Positions 49,348-62,884 are shown, numbered from the stretch's first letter. The stretch: DNA of 64,000 bases from Macrostomum hystrix (GCA_950097015.1 CATNEN010000001.1:25358001-25422000), one strand, 5' to 3'. The notes: generated by a model from the letters alone, not told the origin. A program made the numbers and translations.

Positions 49348-52300
49348 TCAGTCTTCGTCACTGAAACCCTCCGGAGGTCCCCGTCGGCCTGTGTTGAGTT
49401 TGGCCAGGTTTGCTCGCTGCCTCTGACGAAGGACCTCTTTACGTCTCTCGATGGCTGCTGCCTGGGCTTCCCGGGCCTTGTCAAGCTGCTCAGCGGACTC
49501 TTTCGCCTGAGCCAGCATCTGACGGCTGCGCTCCTCGTTCTGGAAGGATGTTTGCAAGTGTTTTGTCATTTTCGAGCTAGATTTTCAGTAGGTGATGCAC
49601 TGAGTCTAAGACATGATCCAGACTCGGCCTAAATAGGTGTCACTCTAGCTAGATATAACAGGCGACCTCGCATCTCGCAGACGACACTCTGAGCCTGTTA
49701 TACGATACTGGGTTTGCTAGACGATTCTCTGAGTCTGACGTTCTGAGTCTGTTAGAATAGATTTTGAGTCTGTTAGACTGACTACACCCTGAGTCTGTTA
49801 GACTGACTACACCCCTTAGTCTGTTAGACTGACTACACTCTGAGTCTGTTAGACTACACTCTGAGTCTGTTAGACTGACTACTCTCTGAGTCTGTTAGAC
49901 TACACTCTGAGTCTGTTAGACTACACTCTGAGTCTGTTAGACTACACTCTGAGTCTGTTAGACTACTCTCTGAGTCTGTTAGACTACACCCTGAGTCTGT
50001 TAGACTGACTACTCTCTGAGTCTTTTAGACTACACTCTGAGTCTGTTAGACTACACTCTGAGTCTGTTAGACTACACTCTGAGTCTGTTAGACTACACTC
50101 TGAGTCTGTTAGACTGACTACTCTCTGAGTCTTTTAGACTACACTCTGAGTCTGTTAGACTACACTCTGAGTCTGTTAGACTACTCTCTGAGTCTGTTAG
50201 ACTACACTCTGAGTCTGTTAGACTACACTCTGAGTCTGTTAGACTACACTCTGAGTCTGTTAGACTACACTCTGAGTCTGTTAGACTACCCTCTGAGACT
50301 GTTAGACTACACTCTGAGTCTGTTAGACTACACTCTGAGTCTGTTAGACTACACTCTGAGTCTGTTAGACTACACTCTGAGTCTGTTAGACTACACTCTG
50401 AGTCTGTTAGACTACACTCTGAGTCTGTTAGACTACCCTCTGAGACTGTTAGACTACACTCTGAGTCTGTTAGACTACACTCTGAGTCTGTTAGACTACA
50501 CTCTGAGTCTGTTAGACTACACTCTGAGTCTGTTAGACTACACTCTGAGTCTGTTAGACTACCCTCTGAGACTGTTAGACTACACTCTGAGTCTGTTAGA
50601 CTACACTCTGAGTCTGTTAGACTACACTCTGAGTCTGTTAGACTACACTCTGAGTCTGTTAGACTACACTCTGAGTCTGTTAGACTACACTCTGAGTCTG
50701 TTAGACTACACTCTGAGTCTGTTAGACTGACTACTCTCTGAGTCTGTTAGACTACACTCTGAGTCTGTTAGACTACACTCTGAGTCTGTTAGACTACTCT
50801 CTGAGTCTGTTAGACTGACTACTCTCTGAGTCTGTTAGACTGACTACTCTCTGAGTCTGTTAGACTACACTCTGAGTCTGTTAGACTACACTCTGAGTCT
50901 GTTAGACTACACTCTGAGTCTGTTAGACTACACTCTGAGTCTGTTAGACTACACTCTGAGTCTGTTAGACTACACTCTGAGTCTGTTAGACTGACTACTC
51001 TCTGAGTCTGTTAGACTACACTCTGAGTCTGTTAGACTACTCTCTGAGTCTGTTAGACTACTCTCTGAGTCTGTTAGACTACTCTCTGAGTCTGTTAGAC
51101 TACTCTCTGAGTCTGTTAGACTACTCTCTGAGTCTGTTAGACTACTCTCTGAGTCTGTTAGACTACACTCTGAGTCTGTTAGACTGACTACACCCTGAGT
51201 CTGTTAGACTGACTACTCTCTGAGTCTTTTAGACTACACTCTGAGTCTGTTAGACTACACTCTGAGTCTGTTAGACTACACTCTGAGTCTGTTAGACTAC
51301 TCTCTGAGTCTGTTAGACTACACTCTGAGTCTGTTAGACTACACTCTGAGTCTGTTAGACTACACTCTGAGTCTGTTAGACTACACTCTGAGTCTGTTAG
51401 ACTACACTCTGAGTCTGTTAGACTACACTCTGAGTCTGTTAGACTACACTCTGAGTCTGTTAGACTACACTCTGAGTCTGTTAGACTGACTACTCTCTGA
51501 GTCTGTTAGACTACACTCTGAGTCTGTTAGACTACTCTCTGAGTCTGTTAGACTACCCTCTGAGACTGTTAGACTACACTCTGAGTCTGTTAGACTACAC
51601 TCTGAGTCTGTTAGACTACACTCTGAGTCTGTTAGACTACTCTCTGAGTCTGTTAGACTACACTCTGAGTCTGTTAGACTGACTACACTCTGAGTCTTTT
51701 AGACTACACTCTGAGTCTGTTAGACTACACTCTGAGTCTTTTAGACTACACTCTGAGTCTTTTAGACTACACTCTGAGTCTTTTAGACTACACTCTGAGT
51801 CTTTTAGACTACACTCTGAGTCTTTTAGACTACACTCTGAGTCTTTTAGACTACACTCTGAGTCTTTTAGACTACACTCTGAGTCTGTTAGACTGACTAC
51901 ACTCTGAGTCTTTTAGACTACACTCTGAGTCTGTTAGACTACACTCTGAGTCTTTTAGACTACACTCTGAGTCTGTTAGACTACACTCTGAGTCTGTTAG
52001 ACTACACTCTGAGTCTGTTAGACTACTCTCTGAGTCTGTTAGACTACACTCTGAGTCTGTTAGACTACACTCTGAGTCTGTTAGACTACACTCTGAGTCT
52101 GTTAGACTACCCTCTGAGACTGTTAGACTACACTCTGAGTCTGTTAGACTACACTCTGAGTCTGTTAGACTACACTCTGAGTCTGTTAGACTACCCTCTG
52201 AGACTGTTAGACTACACTCTGAGTCTGTTAGACTACACTCTGAGTCTGTTAGACTACTCTCTGAGTCTGTTAGACTACACTCTGAGTCTGTTAGACTACC

Positions 52301-55300
52301 CTCTGAGTCTGTTAGACTGACTACACTCTGAGTCTGTTAGACTACACTCTGAGTCTTTTAGACTACACTCTGAGTCTGTTAGACTACACTCTGAGTCTGT
52401 TAGACTACACTCTGAGTCTGTTAGACTACCCTCTGAGTCTGTTAGACTGACTACACTCTGAGTCTGTTAGACTACACTCTGAGTCTTTTAGACTACACTC
52501 TGAGTCTGTTAGACTACCCTCTGAGTCTGTTAGACTGACTACACTCTGAGTCTGTTAGACTACACTCTGAGTCTTTTAGACTACACTCTGAGTCTGTTAG
52601 ACTACTCTCTGAGTCTGTTAGACTACCCTCTGAGACTGTTAGACTACACTCTGAGTCTTTTAGACTACACTCTGAGTCTGTTAGACTACACTCTGAGTCT
52701 GTTAGACTGACTACACTCTGAGTCTGTTAGACTACACTCTGAGTCTGTTAGACTGACTACTCTCTGAGTCTGTTAGACTGACTACACTCTGAGTCTGTTA
52801 GACTACACTCTGAGTCTGTTAGACTGACTACTCTCTGAGTCTGTTAGACTGACTACACTCTGAGTCTGTTAGACTGACTACACTCTGAGTCTGTTAGACT
52901 ACACTCTGAGTCTTTTAGACTACACTCTGAGTCTGTTAGACTACCCTCTGAGTCTGTTAGACTGACTACACTCTGAGTCTGTTAGACTACACTCTGAGTC
53001 TTTTAGACTACACTCTGAGTCTGTTAGACTACTCTCTGAGTCTGTTAGACTACACTCTGAGTCTGTTAGACTACACTCTGAGTCTGTTAGACTACTCTCT
53101 GAGTCTGTTAGACTACTCTCTGAGTCTGTTAGACTACACTCTGAGTCTGTTAGACTACTCTCTGAGTCTGTTAGACTACCCTCTGAGTCTGTTAGACTGA
53201 CTACACTCTGAGTCTGTTAGACTACACTCTGAGTCTGTTAGACTACACTCTGAGTCTGTTAGACTACTCTCTGAGTCTGTTAGACGACTTACACTCTGAG
53301 TCTGTTAGACTACACTCTGAGTCTGTTAGACTACACTCTGAGTCTGTTAGACTACTCTCTGAGTCTGTTAGACTACCCTCTGAGTCTGTTAGACTGACTA
53401 CACTCTGAGTCTGTTTAGACTACACTCTGAGTCTTTTAGACTACACTCTGAGTCTGTTAGACTACCCTCTGAGTCTGTTTAGACTGACTACACTCTGAGT
53501 CTGTTAGACTACACTCTGAGTCTTTTAGACTACACTCTGAGTCTGTTAGACTACACTCTGAGTCTGTTAGACTACTCTCTGAGTCTGTTAGACTACCCTC
53601 TGAGACTGTTAGACTACACTCTGAGTCTTTTAGACTACACTCTGAGTCTGTTAGACTACACTCTGAGTCTGTTAGACTGACTACACTCTGAGTCTGTTAG
53701 ACTACACTCTGAGTCTGTTAGACTGACTACTCTCTGAGTCTGTTAGACTGACTACACTCTGAGTCTGTTAGACTGACTACACTCTGAGTCTGTTAGACTG
53801 ACTACACTCTGAGTCTGTTAGACTACACTCTGAGTCTGTTAGACTGACTACTCTCTGAGTCTGTTAGACTGACTACACTCTGAGTCTGTTAGACTGACTA
53901 CACTCTGAGTCTGTTAGACTGACTACACTCTGAGTCTGTTAGACTACACTCTGAGTCTGTTAGACTACCCTCTGAGACTGTTAGACTACACTCTGAGTCT
54001 GTTAGACTACTCTCTGAGTCTGTTAGACTACCCTCTGAGACTGTTAGACTACACTCTGAGTCTTTTAGACTACACTCTGAGTCTGTTAGACTACACTCTG
54101 AGTCTGTTAGACTGACTACACTCTGAGTCTGTTAGACTACACTCTGAGTCTGTTAGACTACACTCTGAGTCTGTTAGACTACTCTCTGAGTCTGTTAGAC
54201 TACAGTCTGAGTCTGTTAGACTACACTCTGAGTCTGTTAGACTACACTCTGAGTCTGTTAGACTACTCTCTGAGTCTTTTAGACTACTCTCTGAGCCTTT
54301 TAGACTACACTCTGAGTTTGTTAGACTACATTTCAAGTCTGTTATACTACACCCTGAGTCTGTTATACTACACTATGAGTCTGTTAGACTACCCTCTGAG
54401 TCTGTTAGACTACTCTCTGAGTCTGTTAGACTACTATCTGAGTCTGTTAGACTACACTCTGAGTCTGTTAGACTACTCTCTGAGTCTGTTAGACTACTAT
54501 CTGAGTCTGTTAGACTACACTATGAGTCTGTTAGACTACCCTCTGAGTCTGTTAGACTACACTCTGAGTCTGTTAGACTACCCTCTGAGTCTGTTAGACT
54601 GCACTCCGAGTCTGCTGTAGACTACGCTCTGAGTCTGTTAGACTACCCTCTGAGTCTGTTAGACTGGCAAGATCAGAAGATTAGATCTTCTAAGATTAGA
54701 TAAGGTAAGATAAGATAAGATAAGATCCACTTAGATGCCAGAAAACTGCAAATATAGCCGCTTCTGACTGACCCGATAGATTTTAATAATAAATTCCCAA
54801 AAATCTCGAAGTAGAAAATCATGAACTCAAAGCCAGCTTTTATCTGTCAAGTGCAGCGCATGGCATGCCTGGCTGCCATGAAGAATCTAGTCAAGGCATT
54901 TCAAACACCTTTTATCCAAACGACATCTTTCATTTGGGCTTCTGCACCTTCAGGATTGTAAACAAACCAGGAAATGGTAATCAACAATGGCCTACCTCAC
55001 TCTTCTGCAGCTCCTTCAGCCTCGATGCCTCCTTGGCGCTGTACAATCGCTCTTTGCCAGCGGGAGCGCCATACGTTGGCGGCGGCTGCTTTGTTGTTGG
55101 CGTCTCAGCCGTGTTGAAATCCGTCGATCCAACACCGTCATCGTTGAAATTGTTCCACGGCAGAGCCCCATCGCCACCACCGTCAGCCAGATCGGCTCCG
55201 TAGAGCTGAGCTTCAGTCGGTGGCATCGCTTCCATTGCCTCCTTGTCGAGCTCGTAGTCCAGCACAGTGATGGTCGCCTCAGCCGTCGATCGGGCAGTCA

Positions 55301-58300
55301 GTGTAGCGTCGATGACCGCTGAAGTCTCGCCGCCAGCCGGGACGTCCATCTTGTGAGGCACGCGTTTGATGCGCCAGTACTCTCGCGGCTTCTTGTTCCT
55401 GGACTGCGCGTGCGAGTAATACATGGCGAAGTTGTTCACCACGATCGGCACAGTGAAGGCGATGGTCAGCACGCCGAAGATCACGCACACGCAGCCGATG
55501 GCGTAGCCGGCAGCTTGGCGGGGCGCAAAGTCACCGTAGCCCACCTGCATTTTGACTACTTTATCTGAGACTACTGACTGTGATACGAACATTTTACAAG
55601 CACATTTTACAATGTGCTCTGTGATACGAACTTTTTGTGCAGCTAAATTCAAACTCCGAAACTAAATTCAGCGAAACCTCTTATTACTCGTTCTAGCGAC
55701 CTTTCGACCCGTCGAGCAAGAGTAACGAAAGTCACCCAACCCAGCTCTAGCTCACTCAACTGTGGTTGGGCCCCTTCCTAAGCTGGGCAAAAAACGATGT
55801 CTCAGATATACGAGCGTATCTAACTTACAGTCGTCATTGTAACGAGCGCCCACCAAAGACCGAAGGGAATATTCCGGAAACTGTCCTTCTCGACAAGGTG
55901 AATGATGGATCCGAAAATGACTGCTCCAACAAACAGGAACACAATCATTAGCATGAGCTCGCGCAACGAAATCTTGATAGTGTAGACCAGAATGCGGAAG
56001 GCATTGTAGTGCTTCACCAGCTTGAAGATGCGCAGAACGCGAACCACGCGAAGGCCGCGAAGAACTCGCAGGGTGAGCACTGTCTTCACCAGCGTGGGCG
56101 TGTAATTTGGCAGCGATTCAACAGAACTGAGTGCCAGCGATACGGCGTGCGTCACCACGCAGATGACGTCAATCCAGTTCAGGAAGTCGGTGAAGTATAC
56201 CTTGTAGTCCGGCGCGAAGAACAGACGGAGCGACAACTCGAGCGAAAAGAAGGCGAACATTGTGTAGTCAAGGTAGCGCAGAATCGAGTGCGGCTCAGTG
56301 TCATCGTCCGAGTAGTACCTGGCACCGGACATGTCCTGCGGGTCCACATAGATGCCGCAGGCGGTTGTACACGTGCGGCTCACCGTCATGTTCGCTCCAG
56401 GGATGGGAACTCGGAAAGCTTCGTAAGTTTCTGCCACAAAGCAAACGATGCTGGCGATGACCACAAACATGGATAGGAAAACATAGATCTGGAAGGTTTA
56501 GGCCGGTACAAGTTAGTTTCAATCTCGTCAAAAGCCGACACTAATTAGACACAAAATCTTATCCTCGAAGGGGAGAAGCAGGGCGGTTACCGAATCCGAG
56601 ATGCAGATGCAGCCTCGGAGACTTTGGGGCTTGTGGTGCAACGTACTCCCATTAGGGCCAACACTACCTGACAAAAAGCAAGCCAGGGCAGGTGTACACC
56701 CATGTGTGAGTGTGTGCGTGTTCAGGAGTCAGCCAAATGGGCACAATTGTCTCCTCGCTGGCTGGTGGTCTTACTGTCACCAAATGATGTGCCCAGTGCC
56801 AACAGCCCTCCTACAATTATGTTTTATCCATGTATTGTCATATATCTCATCCCAAGACTAACCCTAGCAGTGAGCGATGCCACCGGGTCCTCCAGAATGG
56901 ACCATATTCTCCGTCGAAACCGGATCCACTTGTTGGTCTCGCTTTTCCACACGTCCGCTTGCACGGCGTAGTTGCCAGTGAGGAAGGTGCTGTCTATGGC
57001 AGCCAGGGTGTCCTTGCACTCGGAGGCCTGGTTGTAGCTGGTCCAGCAGCAGGGCTCAATGTCCTGCTCGAACATGCCCCAGAATTCGAACTCCTGATGG
57101 CACAATAAATCAATCGATAAATTAATCGATCGCGAGAACTCTATTGACTTTTTTGCGCGTGCCGTATAGGCTACGATCTTTATGGGCATCACTACATTGA
57201 GTCTGTCCTGTTGGCATAGTAATTTTGGAGGCTAGGTACTCAGTCCTATTTATTTAATCAATAGCTTGGATGAAATTTTCATTCGCACTAAAGTAAAATT
57301 ACTCTATATTGCTATTCTACTGCATAATTTTCTCGTGATTGACACTAACGTGAGGCGTACTAAAATACCTGGCAAATTTATTCCGACCGTGAGTAGGAAA
57401 TGTATAAAAAAGGTCAAATTCTGAAACTTATGAAGTTGATGCTCAAACAGACCGGTGCAGGTGAGTATTTCTAAATCATGGCCCGTCTGCTATCCCAGAA
57501 TCCTGTGGACCCACGTGTTAGCTGCTGGATTTCAGGCATGTGGATACAGTTGATTGCATCTGCACTGAACTAACACTGTTGCTGGGGCGCCTACCCCACC
57601 TCTGCTGTTATCCCTCCCTGTCAAGCGTTGGTTTCTGCTTGCGGTGTAAGCAGAAGAAGAGGGTTAAAGTATTTGATGGAAATACTATCGCTCGCGTATT
57701 CTCAGTCACAGACCTAGATGTTCGTCCTCACCAGCGTACCTGAGCATATTATAAGTTTCATATTCTGAAAGCTAGCAGTAGGCAGTGGGCATGTCTGCAA
57801 TAGAATGGATAAAGGGAATCTAAATTTTATTGGCCCAATTGTGCGTTTGCCAAAGTCTAGCCCAATATTAACTGACAAAAATTAATAGAAGCCACTAAGG
57901 CTCAGTCAATATGAAAAAGCTATGCAGCTTGTACAGTCTGCTCAGTTACTCGTAATTTATCAACTAAATAATTGCTCCAACTGTCAAAGGAGGCTCTTAA
58001 TTGTTGGCTCCTTTGCCCGTGATGCCTTCTGTCACTAAAATTATCAAGAGTTCTGTTTTGCCAGTTAAACAGAGCAGACCCATGAAGATCTGTTTGTCTG
58101 TATCTCTGCTATCTGAAATCGTACCATTTCGGTATACTTTCTCAGTTAGATAAAAGTACCAGCTAATCTGTAACTAAGCGAGGCTTTCAGTGAGTTGCAC
58201 GCTGCCCACTTCCGACTCTGTGTGTTGCAGAGTGACTGCATTTCTATAGCACTGCTTTTAACACAGCATTTTATTCCATTGTCAAGGCTTGCATCACATC

Positions 58301-58785
58301 ATTGAGTGGCTTAGTAGAAGCATTTTTTATTTTCACGCTCTGCTTGCTAAAATTATTTTTTTAAAGCATTGACGAATGATTGTTCCTCAGATATTTATCC
58401 ATCTAGTTTTATCCGCTAAACCTCTTTTTTATTGTCTATGATGCCTGCAAACCCTGACCTGAGTTCTCGAAATAATTTCTGCAAAACCTACAACCCGGTG
58501 GCTCAAATTTTTCCCTCAAGTACCGACCCTCTTGATGACGTTGCCGCAGAGATTCCTTCGGATGTGCAGCTCCTCGGTGCGGTAGAAGTGCAGGATGTCG
58601 GCAAAGGCCTCCGGATGTCGGTCGAAATAGTACTCCCGCCTGTCCCGGTCGAAGGCCTCGTCGTCCTCCCGCAGGGTGGCCAGCAGGGCCAGACGACTGC
58701 CGGGGAACCGCTCGAGCACCGAGTAGGTGGTCTCAAACCTGGTGCCGCTGATGTTGATCACAATCCGGGCGTCTTTCAAATCCAT
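49348..58785 (-). CDS. Shaw: Voltage-gated K+ channel, Shaw/Kv3 (KCNC)-like (about 629 aa, 5 exons)
   Basis: Exons 58785-58528, 57093-56863, 56488-55829, 55544-54996 and 49539-49348, all phase 0. Contains the T1 domain (EYYFDRHP, HX5CX20CC, FWG..DIEPCCW), S4 RVLRGLRVVRVLRIFKLVKH, pore TMTTVGYGD and VNNFAMYYSH. The last exon is less certain than the first four. Confidence 0.9.
49740..54665. repeat. 21-bp satellite (ctctgagtctgttagactaca), more than 220 copies, inside Kv intron 4
   Basis: 21-bp period, a 25-bp (+gact) variant and eroded edges. Confidence 0.98.
56590..56822 (+). mobile_element. SINE family A degenerate copy in Kv intron 2
   Basis: caggagtcagcc...cctcgctggctgg...ctgtcaccaaatgatgtgcc...cagccctcctacaattat. 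Confidence 0.7.
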
Positions 58786-59651
58786 TGTGGCCTGATTTTC
58801 GTCGCTCAGCTCGTCTCAAGCAGGTATTGTGGCTCTGGATTCCAGGGCCGTTGCTGGGTGAATATGACTGTATTTCGTGAGCTGACAAAGCATGGCAGAA
58901 TGCTGGGGCTTGCAACTCCTCAATGCTCGCCTTGTTGTCCAATGGGGTGACTGTTCTAGACAATGACTTCCCAAAATGGAGCTGAGCTAGGAGAGAGACG
59001 GAAAGACAATGGGTAGACAGAAAGGGAAGACGCGCTCTTGACTTGGGATCTTCAGCGCTCCGAAAGGTGTCAGCTGAATGTACGCGCCCGTCTCGCAGGT
59101 GCTGCAGTTCATAAGCAGCATACTTGCAGTGATTCGCAATTAAAGCAAGCTCACAATCACACTTATGCTATGCTATTACGAGATTATAATTTTCGATATC
59201 TTTTGATTTTCGTTTCAAAATTAAATTTCTACATCAACAAAATACGAAAATAACTTCATCGCGAGCAGATGTCACACAAATAAATTTGCCTAAACCATTA
59301 AATTTTCTGTAGGTTTCATATTTTCTGAAGCAAAATGGAAAATTTAAATGCTTCCTTGCCATCCGTTGCGTTTTTAAATCGAATTTTTTCCATTTTCTAA
59401 ATTAGTTCACGGCCATTGTTCTCCAGGGACTCAGGGACTCAAGGACACAGAATGGCGGATTGGTATTTGAAACATTGCAGAGATGAGACCTGTACTCCCC
59501 AGTTACAATGGGAAGAGCTGCAATGCGGCTGCATCCTTGGCCCTCCTGCGAGCTGCATGCAGGGAATTCTTTTCTTCGGTGACATGCGACAGCTTTTTGT
59601 CCCATGCAGAGAAGATCACTGAGCCTTGGAGCAGAAGCAAGCAGCAAACCA

Positions 59652-59665
59652 GTTGCCATGGCAAC
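59652..59665. promoter_or_regulatory. RFX X-box (GTTGCCATGGCAAC)
   Basis: Perfect 14-bp palindromic X-box consensus about 870 bp upstream of the Kv start codon. Confidence 0.55.
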
Positions 59666-60174
59666 CTGGGTATTAGTCCCGCGTGTGTATCCAGTGTGGG
59701 CATACCTGTCCGCCTCAGCCCTGTTTCTTACAAGTGCATCGTAAAAGCTGTCAGAAATGAGCCAGTCTAGTATTGCATCCATAACTTAATCTGTACATCT
59801 CTATTTAATTTCATTGTCATCCCGGATGTGTCACTCTTTAGCAAGCCATTGTCTGAGTCCGCTCGATACGATCTGCTCAAGTGGTCTCGCTTTTTGTTCT
59901 ACTTTCCAAGCACTCTGCCCGCAGAAATTTTTCTAAGCGTCCAAGAGCTTTGTTTCAGTGCAGTATTTATTTGGAGATTATTCAAACAATGTCCTTCGTT
60001 TCTTATCCACTCAATCCGTTAGCAACACTGAAAACTCTTTACCTATACCAGATGGCATTGCGCATAGCATTTTTTTAACAAAATAGGTTTTCCTGAGGAC
60101 GACAATTTCAAACTTCTAAGCTCATATTTCTAAAACATCTTTCTCAAAAAAATCAGTACCAAGGAACTGCACTT

Positions 60175-60565
60175 AGCCTTTGGACTATCACAATGACAGC
60201 CTTTGGACTACCAAAGTGACAGCCTTTGGACTACCAAAGTGACAGCCTTTAGGCTACCAAAGTGACAGCCTTTAGACTACCAAAGTGACAGCCTTTGGAC
60301 TACCAAAGTGACAGCCTTTGGACTACCAAAGTGACAGCCTTTAGGCTACCAAAGTGACAGTCTTTAGACTACCAAAGTGACAGCCTTTGGACTACCAAAG
60401 TGACAGCCTTTAGACTACCAAAGTGACAGCCTTTGAACTACCAAAGTGACAGCCTTTAGACTACCAAAGTGACAGCCTTTGAACTACCAAAGTGACAGCC
60501 TTTGAACTACCAAAGTGACAGCCTTTGAACTACCAAAGTGACAACCTTTGAACTACCAAAGTGAC
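60175..60565. repeat. 23-bp minisatellite (cagcctttggactaccaaagtga), about 17 copies
   Basis: 23-bp period with an internal CTTTGG/CCAAAG dyad. Confidence 0.95.
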
Positions 60566-61087
60566 TTAGACTGCTTTGATTCTATTCGAATTTCATCCCT
60601 AAGTGCCTACTTGTCCATTTAAAATCAGTAGTATAGAGTATATCTAACACATTTCCATAGTAAATGGAAATAGGCTTAAAAGTCGGGACAATTAAAAATC
60701 GTGGCTAAACATAGTCAGATAGCTGGTCATCATCTAATGTCCAGTTTATTGTACGGGACAATAACCCTTAACCCTAACTGTGTTTTTAGGGGTTATGCCA
60801 ACAAACCAAATATGAGTGTACCATTCTTTATCTCACAGGAATTTCTCGTGTCGTTTGTGTCAGTTTCTTAGCTCATGAAGTTCTTATTACAAAGGGAATT
60901 CAATGGTGGTGATGCAAATTGAGGATTTGCGAGCTAAATACAAAAAAACAATCAGGATTCGTGGATCAGGTAGACAATCTAATTTGAGCTTAGAATTAAG
61001 GAAGGCCCCATTGTCTGCAGCGAACGATTCCGCATCAAACCACTATCGACTGCTCTCATTGCCACTGATGATAATATCAGAAAATCG

Positions 61088-62211
61088 GCAGGCATGTCTC
61101 CAAAGCAGGCATGTCTCCAAAGCAGGCATGTCTCCAAAGCAGGCATGTCTCCAAAGCAGGCATGTCTCCAAAGCAGGCATGTCTCCAAAGCAGGCATGTC
61201 TCCAAAGCAGGCATGTCTCCAAAGCAGGCCTGTCTCCAAAGCAGGCATGTCTTCAAAGCAGGCATGTCTTCAAAGCAGGCATGTCTCCAAAGCAGGCATG
61301 TCTTCAAAGCAGGCATGTCTTCAAAGCAGGCATGTCTCCAAAGCAGGCATGTCTCCAAAGCAGGCATGTCTCCAAAGCAGGCCTGTCTCCAAAGCAGGCA
61401 TGTCTTCAAAGCAGGCATGTCTTCAAAGCAGGCATGTCTCCAAAGCAGGCATGTCTTCAAAGCAGGCATGTCTTCAAAGCAGGCATGTCTCCAAAGCAGG
61501 CATGTCTCCAAAGCAGGCATGTCTCCAAAGCAGGCATGTCTCCAAAGCAGGCATGTCTCCAAAGCAGGCCTGTCTCCAAAGCAGGCATGTCTTCAAAGCA
61601 GGCATGTCTTCAAAGCAGGCATGTCTCCAAAGCAGGCATGTCTCCAAAGCAGGCATGTCTTCAAAGCAGGCATGTCTTCAAAGCAGGCATGTCTCCAAAG
61701 CAGGCATGTCTTCAAAGCAGGCATGTCTTCAAAGCAGGCATGTCTCCAAAGCAGGCATGTCTCCAAAGCAGGCATGTCTCCAAAGCAGGCATATCTCCAA
61801 AGCAGGCATGTCTCCAAAGCAGGCATGTCTCCAAAGCAGGCATGTCTCCAAAGCAGGCATGTCTCCAAAGCAGGCATGTCTCCAAAGCAGGCATGTCTTC
61901 AAAGCAGGCATGTCTTCAAAGCAGGCATGTCTCCAAAGCAGGCATGTCTCCAAAGCAGGCATGTCTCCAAAGCAGGAATGTCTCCAAAGCAGGCATGTCT
62001 CCAAAGCAGGCATGTCTCCAAAGCAGGAATGTCTCCAAAGCAGGCATGTCTCCAAAGCAGGCATGTCTCCAAAGCAGGCATGTCTCCAAAGCAGGCATGT
62101 CTCCAAAGCAGGCATGTCTTCAAAGCAGGCATGTCTTCAAAGCAGGCATGTCTTCAAAGCAGGCATGTCTCCAAAGCAGGCATGTCTCCAAAGCAGGCAT
62201 GTCTCCAAAGC
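61088..62211. repeat. 17-bp minisatellite (gcaggcatgtctccaaa), about 66 copies
   Basis: Exact 17-bp period. Confidence 0.98.
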
Positions 62212-62884
62212 TCGCATCTCCTGGAACTGCAGATTCTGTTGAAATCCAGCTAATTTTTGCACAATAAGCCAGCAGAAACTTTATTATTTAACAAGGCTTC
62301 AATGTGTAAGCCCAAGCCCAACCTGAAGCTATATCGCGCTGGAAATCTTTGCCTGCAGCCTCGATCAGGGAGATATCGGCAGAACGGAATCCTCCCTCGG
62401 TTTCAGAGCTGCAATTTTACAACCAACACTGCATGGAGCCCACACCTGCTGGAGTCCTATTCCCATTTATGTCGATGCGAAAAGGTGCTAAGAATGGCAG
62501 TTAAATGCACATCTGTCGAAGTTGTAAAGCGAAGACGCCTGGTGGATAATAAAAGCTCACGCTCTTTACAATGCGACGATGCCGATGCATTGACTGACCG
62601 GTCATTATCGATCGCGTCTCCGGGACATTGCGGGGAAATTTGTGGATTCTCGCGCCTGACTCGATCTATCGCTGGGATTCACATAACTCTTGGGATTTTA
62701 TTACTCATTTTAGCCAGAAACTTCATCACGAGAGCCCTGAAATTATGCAATCAAGTTTTGATAACCGGATGAAAACTTGTTAGGACGAAGTAATTGCTTG
62801 CGCATTCCATTCTTCTCAATCAAATCCCAGATCATGGAGACGGAGTAGTGACTCGCCCAGACCCGAGCCGACTTTCACAGACAA

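Noticed and set aside
59402-59782. 126-aa minus-strand ORF upstream of Kv
   Set aside because: No recognisable homology or splice link; an in-frame stop precedes the Kv ATG, which has a good Kozak context.
60175-60565. CRISPR-like palindromic repeats (also 49740-54665 and 33675-35160)
   Set aside because: Units are head-to-tail with no unique spacers, there are no cas genes, and the context is eukaryotic.
60762-60796. Telomeric TAACCC repeats
   Set aside because: Only 2-3 imperfect units, too short to call an interstitial telomere.
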